This document shows positions 23,928-34,692 of a stretch of DNA of 35,953 nucleotides, piece after piece. This DNA is from Hyphochytrium catenoides (lineage: Eukaryota; Protista; Hyphochytriomycota). Position 1 is the stretch's first letter; every line of letters begins with the position of its first letter. The notes below the pieces were generated by a model, which saw only the letters and a program-made list of their open reading frames with translations, did no database searches and had not been told where the DNA came from. The position numbers and the translations under genes are program-made. The stretch lies in assembly GCA_900088475.1 (NCBI GenBank), contig FLMG01003912.1, forward strand, positions 1 to 35,953. Direction: 5' to 3'.

Positions 23928-26899
23928 GGTGAATGCTGGTCAGAGTTAAACCCTGAGTTCACTCGTTTCTCCTTCTTCCCTTGTCCTTCAAGCCGTCCTT
24001 CCCATGGGCGATAAGTTATACTGAGTTAGAGGCTATATGTCCATGGTGAATGAATAAATCTATCTGCCTCTTTCTTGGCCACATACCGCGCCACTCTTCT
24101 TTCTCTTCTCCCCTAGATATCCACGGACTGCTCGATTCCTGCTAGTGATGCAACAACAGTGACTCAATCATGGCCATGGAGTGACAGCAGTCATCAGAAC
24201 GCTGGCCTCTCTTGGCTGTTCTCTGTCGAATGGACACGCGAAGGTCACCTCAGGCAGTGCTGCACTCCTTCCGCTGTCGTCTTTATCATCGCTGCTGCTT
24301 GCTGAGGCTGCCACGCGTGCGTTGATGAGCAGCTATGTTGGGCTGCCTTGGGACTGCCCGCGCCGCTGCCCTGGACTATGAAGCGAAGAAAGTGATGCGT
24401 CAGCTCTGGACTCTCCTTTAATAAAGAGTCAGGATCGTAGGCCTTATCACTACTTCGTAGATGGAGCCGGTCTCTATTCTCCTTCTTCCTGAAAAGAAGA
24501 CGACAATGCCTCTGACTTTCCCTCCGTCTCCGGTTCTTTCTCCTCCCTCCTCCACTCGGCTCTGTTGGTAGGCAGAAGAAGAGTGAGTCCATTTCAGGGA
24601 CACAATGCCTTGAGAACTCTCTACGATCTTCGGCTGATCCATTCTTTTCGCCTCATGATCGGGGCTGCGGATCTTCTTCAGGGGCAACTCTCAGCGGTTC
24701 ATCTCCTTTCGGCATCCCTCTGTGGCCTCCTGCTGATAAGCCGAGGCTTCGCTTTTTATCGTGCGCTGCTGCGGCTGCTTCGCTGTGCGTGACGAGATGA
24801 TGGTCCGCCTGCTGAGGAGCGGACAACAGCAGCGATGACAAAACAGATCGCGAGGAGGACGCTAGGTAGCTCGAGGAGGAAGAGCGATAAGCGTCCCAAT
24901 GCTTTCCCTGTCGTCGTTGGTATCATCTCCGTCGTGGGATGTTTGTTAGGTTGTCCTGGCGCGGTTGTTCGAGAACGGGGCTGACCTGGCTCCTCACTCT
25001 TCTCAAACGTGCAGCCTCTTTTTGTCTTTGCCGCCTGCTCAGAATCCGGCAACAGCTGGCAAGCTAATGATGCTGGGGCAGGGCTGACGAGACCTATGCA
25101 ATGCCGCAGTTAACCTAGTCAATGGGCAGGTTCTTTCTTTCTAAGTCAAATCTTGTTTGTCGCTGATTCTTCGATGATGATAACAGTGCCCGCAAAAATC
25201 TGATACTGTGAGCGTCGTTGACGGATCTCTCACATCCTTTCTTTAAGCGCCGCGGCGCCTATCAGAATGGAGGACATATCGGCTTATCATGTCCAGCAGG
25301 CAGGCGTACTCGTGATCATCAGTGCACATGATCTGACCTTTGTGGACTGCTGATGACCGACTGACAAGAGTGATAAGTGACTGCCGACGGCATAAGCTTG
25401 TCATCATCATGGCCTTCCATGGTCTACGTTATCTCATCAGCATCATAATGATAATAATGACCATCCATCGGAGGTCTTACCTGTCCTACTACTGCCCATC
25501 CATAGGTCGGTGCTGCTCCTCCTTCTTGCATGTTCCTTTCCCCTCTCCTTTCTTTGCTGACCTGCTGCCAGCACTATTTCTGTCTTAGCGCCGCTGCCAG
25601 ATGATGATCATGTCTCTCGCCTAACTCTAATAGTGGGACGAGCCTTCTTGCCCGATTCTTGTCTGCGTGATCGGCTGTTCATGCATTCCTCTACCTTGCT
25701 GTCACACAGGCAGCTAGACTACTACTGATCGAGAGAAGAGAGCTCGTCGTGGTGCTTTCTCTATCTTCTTGTCAGATCGTCGTACTACCTGCCCAATGAG
25801 ACTTGCTACCAAGGGCAAAGGCGGAGCAAGCAGATGGACTGGGGTTTCTAGTGACAGCCGCGTTGCTCTTTGTTGATCATCGGCTGCTAGCTTGCATCTC
25901 TTCCTCCTTTGGCGGCCTTCGAAGAGACGATTCCAGTCTTCTCTCCTCATTTTTGCTCTCGCTGCATCGATCCTGCGCTGCGCTTCGCTTCACTCCTGTC
26001 TAGCCACCGCCCCTTCTCCTTCCGGGGTATGAGTCTTTCTTCATACTTCTTTGATGTTTTCCATGGGCTTCTTCCTCTATCCTCCGATCATCTTCAGCCT
26101 AAAGCTTCTCATCATCGCCGACGACGGGGCAATCTTGTACCTCATCTTATCTTCTGCTCTTAGTAGTAGAGAGCTCAACGCATCGCATCTTCATCTTATA
26201 GTCTCCTCACAGTGACTGTGCCCTTCCTTCTTGGTTCTCTCGTCTTCCCTCTTCTCCTGCCTGCATCCTCATCATTTCCCTTCTTCTCCAGTCTCCTCCT
26301 CGATGCCCAGATCTTCTTCATTCTTGACTCTACTCAGTCCCAGGACATTGGGGACTGGAGAGCTTCAGAAAGAGCAGGCAGTCAACACTGACGACAAAGG
26401 ATCTACCACCTCGTTAATCTTCTTTCCCTTGCTTCTTCGTCTTTCTTCTCGTCAACAAGTGGTCTTTCCTTTGGCATTAGTAGGGAACGAGGATTCCTTA
26501 GTAGCTCCTTTGGCTCCTCCGAGGGAACGCTGGAAGATAAACTCTTACGGAAGGAGGCAAGAGCATGTCGAGGGAGAAGAGAAGAAAGAAGACGAAGAGA
26601 GACAAACAGAATGATGAACCAATGCTCGCAGGATGGCAAGGAGACGGGGGAAAGAGAAGGGTAACAAACAAGAGAGAGAAGTCTAAGCAGCCCCAATCTT
26701 CTTCCTTCTTATAAAGGCTCCTCTCTTCTTTCCTCCTCCTTTAACTCTTCTTCAGAAAGATTCTTCAGAGAAAAAGAAAGAGGAAAGAAACTGAGAACTC
26801 ATTTACTCTCTCTCTCTCTCTCTCTCCTCAGCAATAGCAAAATTATAGAAACAGGCAGGGCAAGACAAGCAGCGGCGGTGGATGAATCCCAAGCTCTTG

Positions 26900-27657
26900 C
26901 TAGTTAAACTTAGCCTTTGTGACTTCCTTACGAGGAGAATCAATAGCCAGGAACGGCACCAAAAGCAGAAGAAAGACGACCATCTGCGCAACGGCAAAGC
27001 CCACGAGAGGCGCGAAATGCCTGAGAAGAGGTCCGTCGCTGAAATAGTCCAAGTCTTCAGCAGAGAAAAGCGTGTACATCCCAGCGATCCAGCCCACGGA
27101 GACAATGAAAAACTCTGACAATGCCCTGGCCAGGACATACCGGACGAGCTTGAGCTTATAATGAGCTTCACCGTTCTCTTGCTGCTGCGTGGCGGCAATC
27201 TCCCGAGCTCCGTTGAACATCACGTAGTATACAGGCGGCAAGACAAACAATGACATGGCTAAGAGAGTCACGAAGACAGCGCTCTTGGAAGGGTTGAAGA
27301 AGTTCAGCATGGGCAGCGGCTTGCCGGCTCTCCAGTCATCGTAGCTTCCCGTGTACGTGAAGCGCCGATAGCCCATTCCTAGGATAGCAGCGAAGATCGT
27401 GTACGCATCGATCCAGTACTTGTGGATGGAGAGAGACGTCACGGGTTGGCGCTGAATGGCGCGATATGTCACGGCATATCCTATGTTATATTTATATGCA
27501 GTGAGAGAGAGAGAGAGAGAAAGCGAGAGAGAGAGAGAGAGAAAGACAGAGAGAAAGAGAGAGAAAAAGAGAGAGTGAGAGTGAGAAAGAGGAAGAAAGA
27601 TAGAGAGATAGATAGATAGAGAGAAAGATAGATAGGGAGAGAGAATGAGAGAGAGAA

Positions 27658-27705
<48 letters not shown>

Positions 27706-28198
27706 AAAGAAGATCAGTCATCAGTCACTGCTCCTGTCTCATGTTAGAAAGAAAGATCCTCCCACGGCTGCTGCCGGCTTACCGATGAGTCCCAAGAGCG
27801 TGTTCGTGAAGGTAAAGACCGTCGGAAGAATGGCGTGGATCGTCTCCTTCTGACCAAGCAAAAACCTGAGAGACTCCCATCAGCCAGGAGAGAACCGGTT
27901 AAAGAAAGAAAGAAAGAAGAAAAGAAAGAACAAGGTCAAGCCACGTGATGATGGGAAGCAAGTGAGAGAGTTAAGAAGAAGAAAGAAGAAGACATGCGCA
28001 GAGGGTTTACATGCTTTCCCAATGAGGAAAGGCCCATAGCAGGTACACGCCGCTGGGTACGAAGATTAACGCTAAGAAGAGAAGGATCTGGACGATGATG
28101 GGATTGACCCAGAACGGAGCTCCTTTCAGCGTCGCCGCGGAACACGCGGCAAAGGACGCGCCAAAGGCAAAGGACCAGAAGACATCCACTTCAATCAT
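26900..28198 (-). CDS. Uncharacterised multi-pass membrane protein, 3 exons, ~283 aa
   Basis: Exons 28198-28011, 27865-27783, 27480-26900 with GT..AG, frame-consistent. Sequence MIEVDVFWSFAFGASFAA...IFVPSGVYLLWAFPHWESM|F...FTFTNTLLGLIG|Y...GMGYRRFTY has many hydrophobic helices. Function not assignable. Confidence 0.8.
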
Positions 28199-28200
28199 TA

Positions 28201-28249
<49 letters not shown>

Positions 28250-30640
28250 CTGCTGCTTCTCGTTTTCTTCTCTTTTCTCTTCCTCTTGCTGACGGAGAAA
28301 GAGGCTTCGAAGGTATAGAGAAGAGGAGGAAACTTCAACAATGAGGAGCGGCGTTTCTCTAAAAGAGAAACACAACGAGCGCCGGCCCGCCTCTTCCCTT
28401 AGAGAGAAAAGAGAAGAAGAAGAGCTGCCTTCTCTTTCTTGCCTTTGTTCTTCTCTCTCGTCTCTCCCTCTCTCTTTGTATCTATATTTGTCCTACTTCC
28501 CCCTTCCCTTGCGACTTTTGTCCTAGATTAATCCGCTTCCCGTGATTGTCTCTGAGCACTCTCCATCTGTAGCCTCTCTCTCTCTCTCTCTCTCTTTCCA
28601 TTTCACACATCGTTTCTCTGCTCTCTCACTCCCTCATGCTTTTTCTGTTTCTCTCTCTCTTTCTTTCTCAATCTTTCTCATTCTCTCTTTTTCTCTCTCT
28701 CCTCTCTTTCCTCATTCTCTCTCCTTTCTGTTTCTCTCTCTCTCTTCTCTCTTTCTCTCTTGTTGCTTTCTCTCTCTCTCTTCTCTCTCTCTCTCTTCTC
28801 TCTCTCTCTCTTCTCTCTCTCTCTTCTCTCTCTCTCTCTCTCTCCTCTGGGTCGGTCGTTGATCGCCAGGTGTCATCATCCCAAGATATGGTCTCACGTC
28901 AGTTTCTTGGACCTGAGACCGTCGTTGCGCCATCAGAATCCCTAAGATAATCTATGGGTTAATGCTCCCAAGCCCACGTCAGAGTATTATCTATGGAGAA
29001 GGAGGGACAGACAGCAAAATGATGGAGCACCTTTTGGACATTCTGAGACAATCTTGGGACTAACCTAACGGGCTGTGCCGTATAATTGAATCTGCAGACT
29101 GATTTCTGAAGCCGCAATAAGCTTCAGATAGCTGCCGACAGATACCGATAACGAATCTGCCTGCTGTTACACATTCTTCTGAACAATGACAACTGTTCTT
29201 TAATGTCGTTTCTTACCGGCCGGTTGACATTGGATGAACAAGAGCATTGCATGCACAGCAACAGCTCTTCTTTAAATGCTAACCCTACGAGCTGGATGAG
29301 CTGAACACCAAACAACGTTATCCCTGAGAAAGAGAGTTCTCTACCTTCTACCTTGTGCCTACTTTCTTCTATCGCTTACCTCGTTTCTCTTGAACTGTCT
29401 TTCTTGCGCATGAACTTTCTTTGTCTTTCTTGCCTTTCCACTGCCCCACCCACCAGTCTCTTGCCGACTCTCTACTACTCTCCCGAGCTCAGCTTTTCAT
29501 CGATGGTTATCCCGTGAGCTGCTACACTCTCCCGCCGTTCGCTCTCTTACTTGTTAGAGCATTTCGCGCCTCGTCTGCTATTCCCTTACAGTTCAGCTTC
29601 GTCGTAGCTTGACATACTTCAGCTTTATCGTAATACTTAAGGGTCATTAGCCTTCTTATCGAGCTCACCTCAAGTCCAGAGACCGTCTTTATGCCTCTCA
29701 ATCATTCTGCAAGCTTCCCTGTAAGGATAGACAGTGCTGCTCATCAGCTCGGTCACTATAGGCTGCTTCTTGACCTCTCCCTTGGATTGAGAATCTACCA
29801 GCCCAACCAGACGCGCAAAGACGCGCAGCATCTCCACAAATTTCTTCACGATTACTGATACCTCAATCCTTGGCATCTGACGGTGTCCAGCAGCAGCCGA
29901 TGATAAGCACAGAAGAAGCGTAGCGCCATGACCAGTCAGAAGATCTCCAGCAGCCAACAATTACAACGACAGAGAAGCATCATTGCCAACCCCACTCAGA
30001 GGCTATCAGAGATCCTATGGCAGGGAAGGAGCAGAACTAGCAAACTTCTTCTGCTAAAAGCCAGTGGCTCCTTACTACTAAGAGCTCGAGGTACCTTCCT
30101 CTTTCTTGTTCCTGGTCGATGTCTTCTCTCCTTCTCCCCTCCGTCTCTCTCTTTCTCTAGATTTATTCCAAGGAAGAAAGTTGGCTTGCAAACGAGGAGA
30201 TAAGTATAGAATCTTCCCTCTGCAGCCCTATGTTCCCAGAACGACGCTCCGCTAGCTCAGGCAGCAGTGGGATGACATAGGGAGCTTTGAATAAAGATGA
30301 AGAAGAAGAGCGGCGGGTACTAAGAACTTGCCACGCTATGTCTGAAGTGTTGGCATGCCTCCGAAGAGAAGAAAAGGCGCAAGAGAAGGCCCTTGCTCCT
30401 TCATCATCGTCCCTCGCAGTCACAGAAGTGGCGGCGTTAGTTTGACGGAAGACTGCTCTCCACGCATCTGAAAATGCTGAGGGGTGCCCCCATTATTCAT
30501 CTTTCGTTCTGCTCTGCTAGTTTACTGGGTGAGTAGCTTTCAAGTCTTTCTACGCTTTGGAGAGAAAGAGACCAAGATAACTTAAGCATCAGCATAGTTT
30601 TATTGGTCTGACCGGTCTTGCTCTAATGGTCTTGCTCTGA

Positions 30641-31336
30641 TCATAACAGCGCTGCGCCTATAACCTTCTTACCTTCCTGCTTCTGCTGCTGCTGCAAGCG
30701 TTGGAAGTCTTCCCTAGTAATGGCGTACAGGACATCCAGCTCCTGGGACAATGGAAATTCTGGGTCCACAAACTCTGTCACGTAACGCATCCCTAACTTC
30801 TCCATAACATTCCTGGACCGAGTGTTTGCCTTCATTGTCTGCGCCACTACTCTCTTGATGCCTGTGTTTCCGCTAAAGCCCTTCTTCAGGATAGCGCGAC
30901 TCCCTTCCGTAGCGTAGCCTTTGCCCCATGCCTGCCTCTTGAGCCGATAACCGAGCTCAATCCCTTCAGAAGGATCACGAGCGGGTTTGAAACAGAACCA
31001 GCCGATGAACTGACCCGAGCTCTTCTCAATGGCCACCCAGTAGCCAAGGTGCTCGTAAGCCTGGTGATATCTTAGTCTCTTGGGCAGGTGAGAGCTTCGT
31101 ATAACTTCAGCTGAAGTGGGCACGCCGTCTGTTAGATACTTCATCACCTCAGGATCGCTGTCTAAATCTAGCAACAGCACGTCATCTCCCTCTGTGAACT
31201 GTCTGAGGATCAGTCTAGTGGTCTCAAGGAAGACCTTTACAGCGTGGTCGTGGCTGGTGTTGTTGGAGACAGTAGAAGAATCGCCGTCACCAGCAGCAGC
31301 AGCAGGCGCCTGCGGCTGTGTGATGGACGAAGACAT
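30641..31336 (-). CDS. GNAT acetyltransferase, RimJ/RimL (Acetyltransf_3) family, 231 aa
   Basis: Intronless ORF with LETTRLILRQF, DSDPEVMKYL, FIGW, ELGYRL, acetyl-CoA motif A AWGKGYATEG and NTRSRNVMEKLGM. Low-complexity N- and C-terminal extensions. Confidence 0.92.
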   Translation of the reverse strand: MSSSITQPQAPAAAAGDGDSSTVSNNTSHDHAVKVFLETTRLILRQFTEGDDVLLLDLDSDPEVMKYLTDGVPTSAEVIRSSHLPKRLRYHQAYEHLGYWVAIEKSSGQFIGWFCFKPARDPSEGIELGYRLKRQAWGKGYATEGSRAILKKGFSGNTGIKRVVAQTMKANTRSRNVMEKLGMRYVTEFVDPEFPLSQELDVLYAITREDFQRLQQQQKQEGKKVIGAALL

Positions 31337-33093
31337 GGTATCACACGCTACTAAGGTCTGCTGAGCAGCAAGCAGCGCTTTCTATCTCCAGCAGACCCAA
31401 AGGGCGTGTGTGCTAGTAGCTGATACGTTGAGGCTGAGGTCAACCACCTGCAATAGACTGTCTAGTCTGCTATTGCTCTTCGAAGAAGGTGTCCGCCCTG
31501 GAAGTGAATGAAGAACGGACTGACCTGCTTGATCTATGCCTATCACTCCTCTCCCTCGTTCTTCTTTTCCTCACTCCCAACACCCGCTAGTTCCTCCTCC
31601 TCCCTCCTGTTGCTGCTCCACTGCCATCATCATCATTCTTTCAACAAAGAAGCACCACCAGCGATCGGAGGAACATGGAAGGAGGGGAGGCATCGGCGGT
31701 GCGCAAGGTAGGTTGTCATCAGCGCCAGACACCGCAAGAAGATTCTTTCTGGCTCCAGGCAACAAGGTAAGAAGAGACAAGGAGAAAGAGAAGTGCAGTT
31801 GGCGCAAGAAACGGCGGAAGAGTTTCCTTGGCAAAAAAAGAGTGATGGTCAGTTGAAAGGCCCCCCCCCCCCCTTGGCCCTCACTTTTCATAAAAGAAAT
31901 TCCTTTTTTATGATGTTCTTATTGGTCTTCTGTTTTTCCCTCTATGACGTTTATAAAAAAATCATTTACTTTCATAAAAATGGGGTCTCTCTAAAGGAGG
32001 TAAATTATTAAAAAAATTAAAGAAGTAAAAAAAATAAGCTCCATAAACTAGATAAAAAAAAAAACGAGCACTATTTTTATCCTGGCAGTTTTTTCTCTCA
32101 TAAATATTACAAAAGCTTGATAAAAAAAAGCAATATTTATGATGGTCTACAGCACCCTCAAAGCAAGGCGAGCCAACCCTTCAACAACAAGCAAAACAAG
32201 AGAGATCGATGTCGATGATGATGATGCTGTCTGCAGAGCTGTTCGGAGCTTTGTTCTTCGTTCTTCGTTCCTGTCCGCGCAAGCACGAACGCCGCAGCCA
32301 GCACTGCTGAGCTGTGGCGTCCTCAATGGAATGATGTTCTTCTATCTTTATTTCTCTTGTCTTGGTTGGCGCATGATGTCAGGTCTCATCAGCGATTACA
32401 AGCGGCACGACGATTCAAGCTGTCTCTTGTAGATAGAAGTCTGACTAGCTGTGTTGACTGTGTGACAAGAAGACAAGGAACCCTAACCCTAGGCCATTGA
32501 AAGCGGTTGCGTCATCGCTAACGTTAACTATGAAGTCGGTCGGTCGGTCGGTTCGCTCAAGCATACAATCCAAGTGCAGCATCCCCCAAAAGGGCCACAA
32601 AATAAGTGGAGAGTTACTGAGAAAAGTTCCTCCCAAGTTTCTACTCCCTGCTCAGTTATTGACGAAGAAGGAGAAGTAACAGAAGAAGGAGAAGAATAAG
32701 AGGATTTTATAGTAGTTCATATACGAACATCAACAAGAGAAGAAGAAGAGAAAAAAGGGAAAAAGCAGCAGCAGCAGAAAGAGGAAGAAGAAGAGGAAAA
32801 AGAAGAGGAGGGACGAGAAGACAGAAGAGAGAAGAGGATGAGGAAAAAGAAGAGCAGAAGAAGAAGAGTCCAAGAAGAAAAAAGAAGAGAACGAAGATGA
32901 ATGAAGGAGGAGAAAAAGAACATGTCAGGAAAGAGGAAACAGAGGCTAGAGAAGATGCGTAGTGGCCAAGGCATTAACGGTGAAAAGCCGCAAGAAATCC
33001 AAGTTTGTCCCGGACCCTATGCTGATTGAGACCGAAAGAACTTGGTACGTACATGGTAAGATCTGGGGAAAGGCTTTATCCATTCCTTTCTTA

Positions 33094-34692
33094 CTATCCC
33101 TCTTCATTCTTCGAAGCCCTTCTAGGTCTCTCTGAGGATAAATATGCAACTCCGGGCAACGGCGTGCCCTTGAGAAGCTCCAAGCTTGCTCCTCCGCCGG
33201 TGCTCACATGGCTGACTCTCTCTTCAGCGTTAAACTTCCTGCAGAGTGTGGTGGTGTTGCCTCCTCCTACGATACTCGTAGCACCTTTCTCTGTCGCCTC
33301 GACAACAGCGTCAAGCAACGCTTTAGAGCCATTGGCAAACTTGTCAAACTCAAACACGCCAGCGGGCCCATTCCACAGAATTGTCTTGGCGCTCAGGATG
33401 GACTTTCTACATAGTCCCTCGGTTTGGGGACCAATATCAAGCCCCATTCAGCCAGAAGGGATGCCTTCCTTCTCAGTAGCGTATCCAACGTTAGCCTTAG
33501 GGCTGAAAGCGTCCGCAGTCACAAAGTCAACGGGAAGGACGATCTTCACGCTTCTCTCGTTAGCCTTCTTCATGATATCGTGGATGAGCTTGGCCCCCTC
33601 CTCGTCGTAAAGAGACTCGCCAATCTCCATGTTCTCTAGAACCTTCTTGAACGTGTACGTCATCCCCCCGCCGACGATGAGCATCTCATCAACCCTCTCA
33701 AGAACGCTGAGGATCAATGACATTTTGTCTCTCATTTTGGCGCCGCCTAGAATGGCAAGAAATGGTCTGATCGGGCTGTCAAGAGCCCTCGCAAAGTAGC
33801 TCAGCTCCGTGTCCATCAGCAGACCCGCTGCCTTTACTGGCAAGCTCACTCCTAGGATAGAGCTGTGCGCGCGATGAACCGCACCGAAAGCGTCATTTAT
33901 GAAGACGTCTCCCAGCTAATAATATAATAGAGGATACGGTGGGGCGTAAGAGCCTCTTTCCTTATGATATATTTTTTGCACAGGCCACTGGTGATAATCT
34001 TAACCTTGGAAAGACCCTGCCTGAAGTCTTCGACCTTTGTCTTCTCGACTGTGACCTTGGTCCCGGTGGGTGCATCAACAACCGCGCCTAACACAAAGAC
34101 GGGCTTAGGAATCTCTGCACTCTCAAATGGGAAAGGAGAGACAGTGCAGACGAGGGGAAAAGCAAGGCTGGAGGAGGACGAGAGAAAGACTTCTCCTGAC
34201 TCGACCTTCTTCCTCAGGGTGGAAGCGAAGATTTTCAAGCAGAATGATCGAGCCTGGAGTCGGGTTAGCACATGCGGCTTCCACCTGAGGAGGCAATCAA
34301 GGGGAAAGGTGGGAGGTAGCAGTAGCATGCAGGTCTTGATGAATATCCAAGAATGTAGGTTCAGCAGTAACAGTGGTCTGTCGTCCTACCTCAGGCCCTA
34401 CACAGTCGTGCAGAAAGCGCACTTCACGATGCAGTTCCTTCTCCAAGGTTGGTAGACAACGCCTCAGCGAGTACTTCTCTAGGCGTTGGCCACGGGGCCG
34501 ACCAAGATGTGACATGAGGACCACGCACTTGGCACCACGGTCCAAGGCGTACTGGATGGTAGGCACTGCGGCATCAATCCTCTTCGTATTCGTGACTCTT
34601 CCACTCTGGTCTAAGGGAACATTAAAGTCTACACGGATCAGGACTCGCTTTCCGTTGAGCTCTACATCCTTGATGCTTACTATCTTGGACAT
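33094..34692 (-). pseudogene. PGK: Phosphoglycerate kinase copy (4 exons, 428 codons) with in-frame TGA at codon 311; probable pseudogene
   Basis: Exons 34692-34390, 34284-34206, 34087-34005, 33915-33094. Motifs [51 protein letters not shown] and VSTGGGASLELL. GIPSG-[TGA 33450-33448]-MGLDIGP occupies the position of the conserved Trp of GIPxGWMGLD. PGK identity is certain; pseudogene status depends on the stop being real. Confidence 0.8.

Noticed and set aside
25173-25230. C/D-box snoRNA (ATGATGA...CTGA)
   Set aside because: No properly spaced terminal D box or terminal stem, and TGATGA is common in this region.
32479-32492. Telomeric repeat AACCCTAACCCTA
   Set aside because: Only two units; insufficient.
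33448-33450. Alternative genetic code (UGA=Trp) or selenocysteine in PGK
   Set aside because: TGG encodes Trp throughout, including WNGP in the same gene. TGA terminates the NHE and GNAT genes, the position is Trp not Cys, and additional damaging substitutions favour decay.
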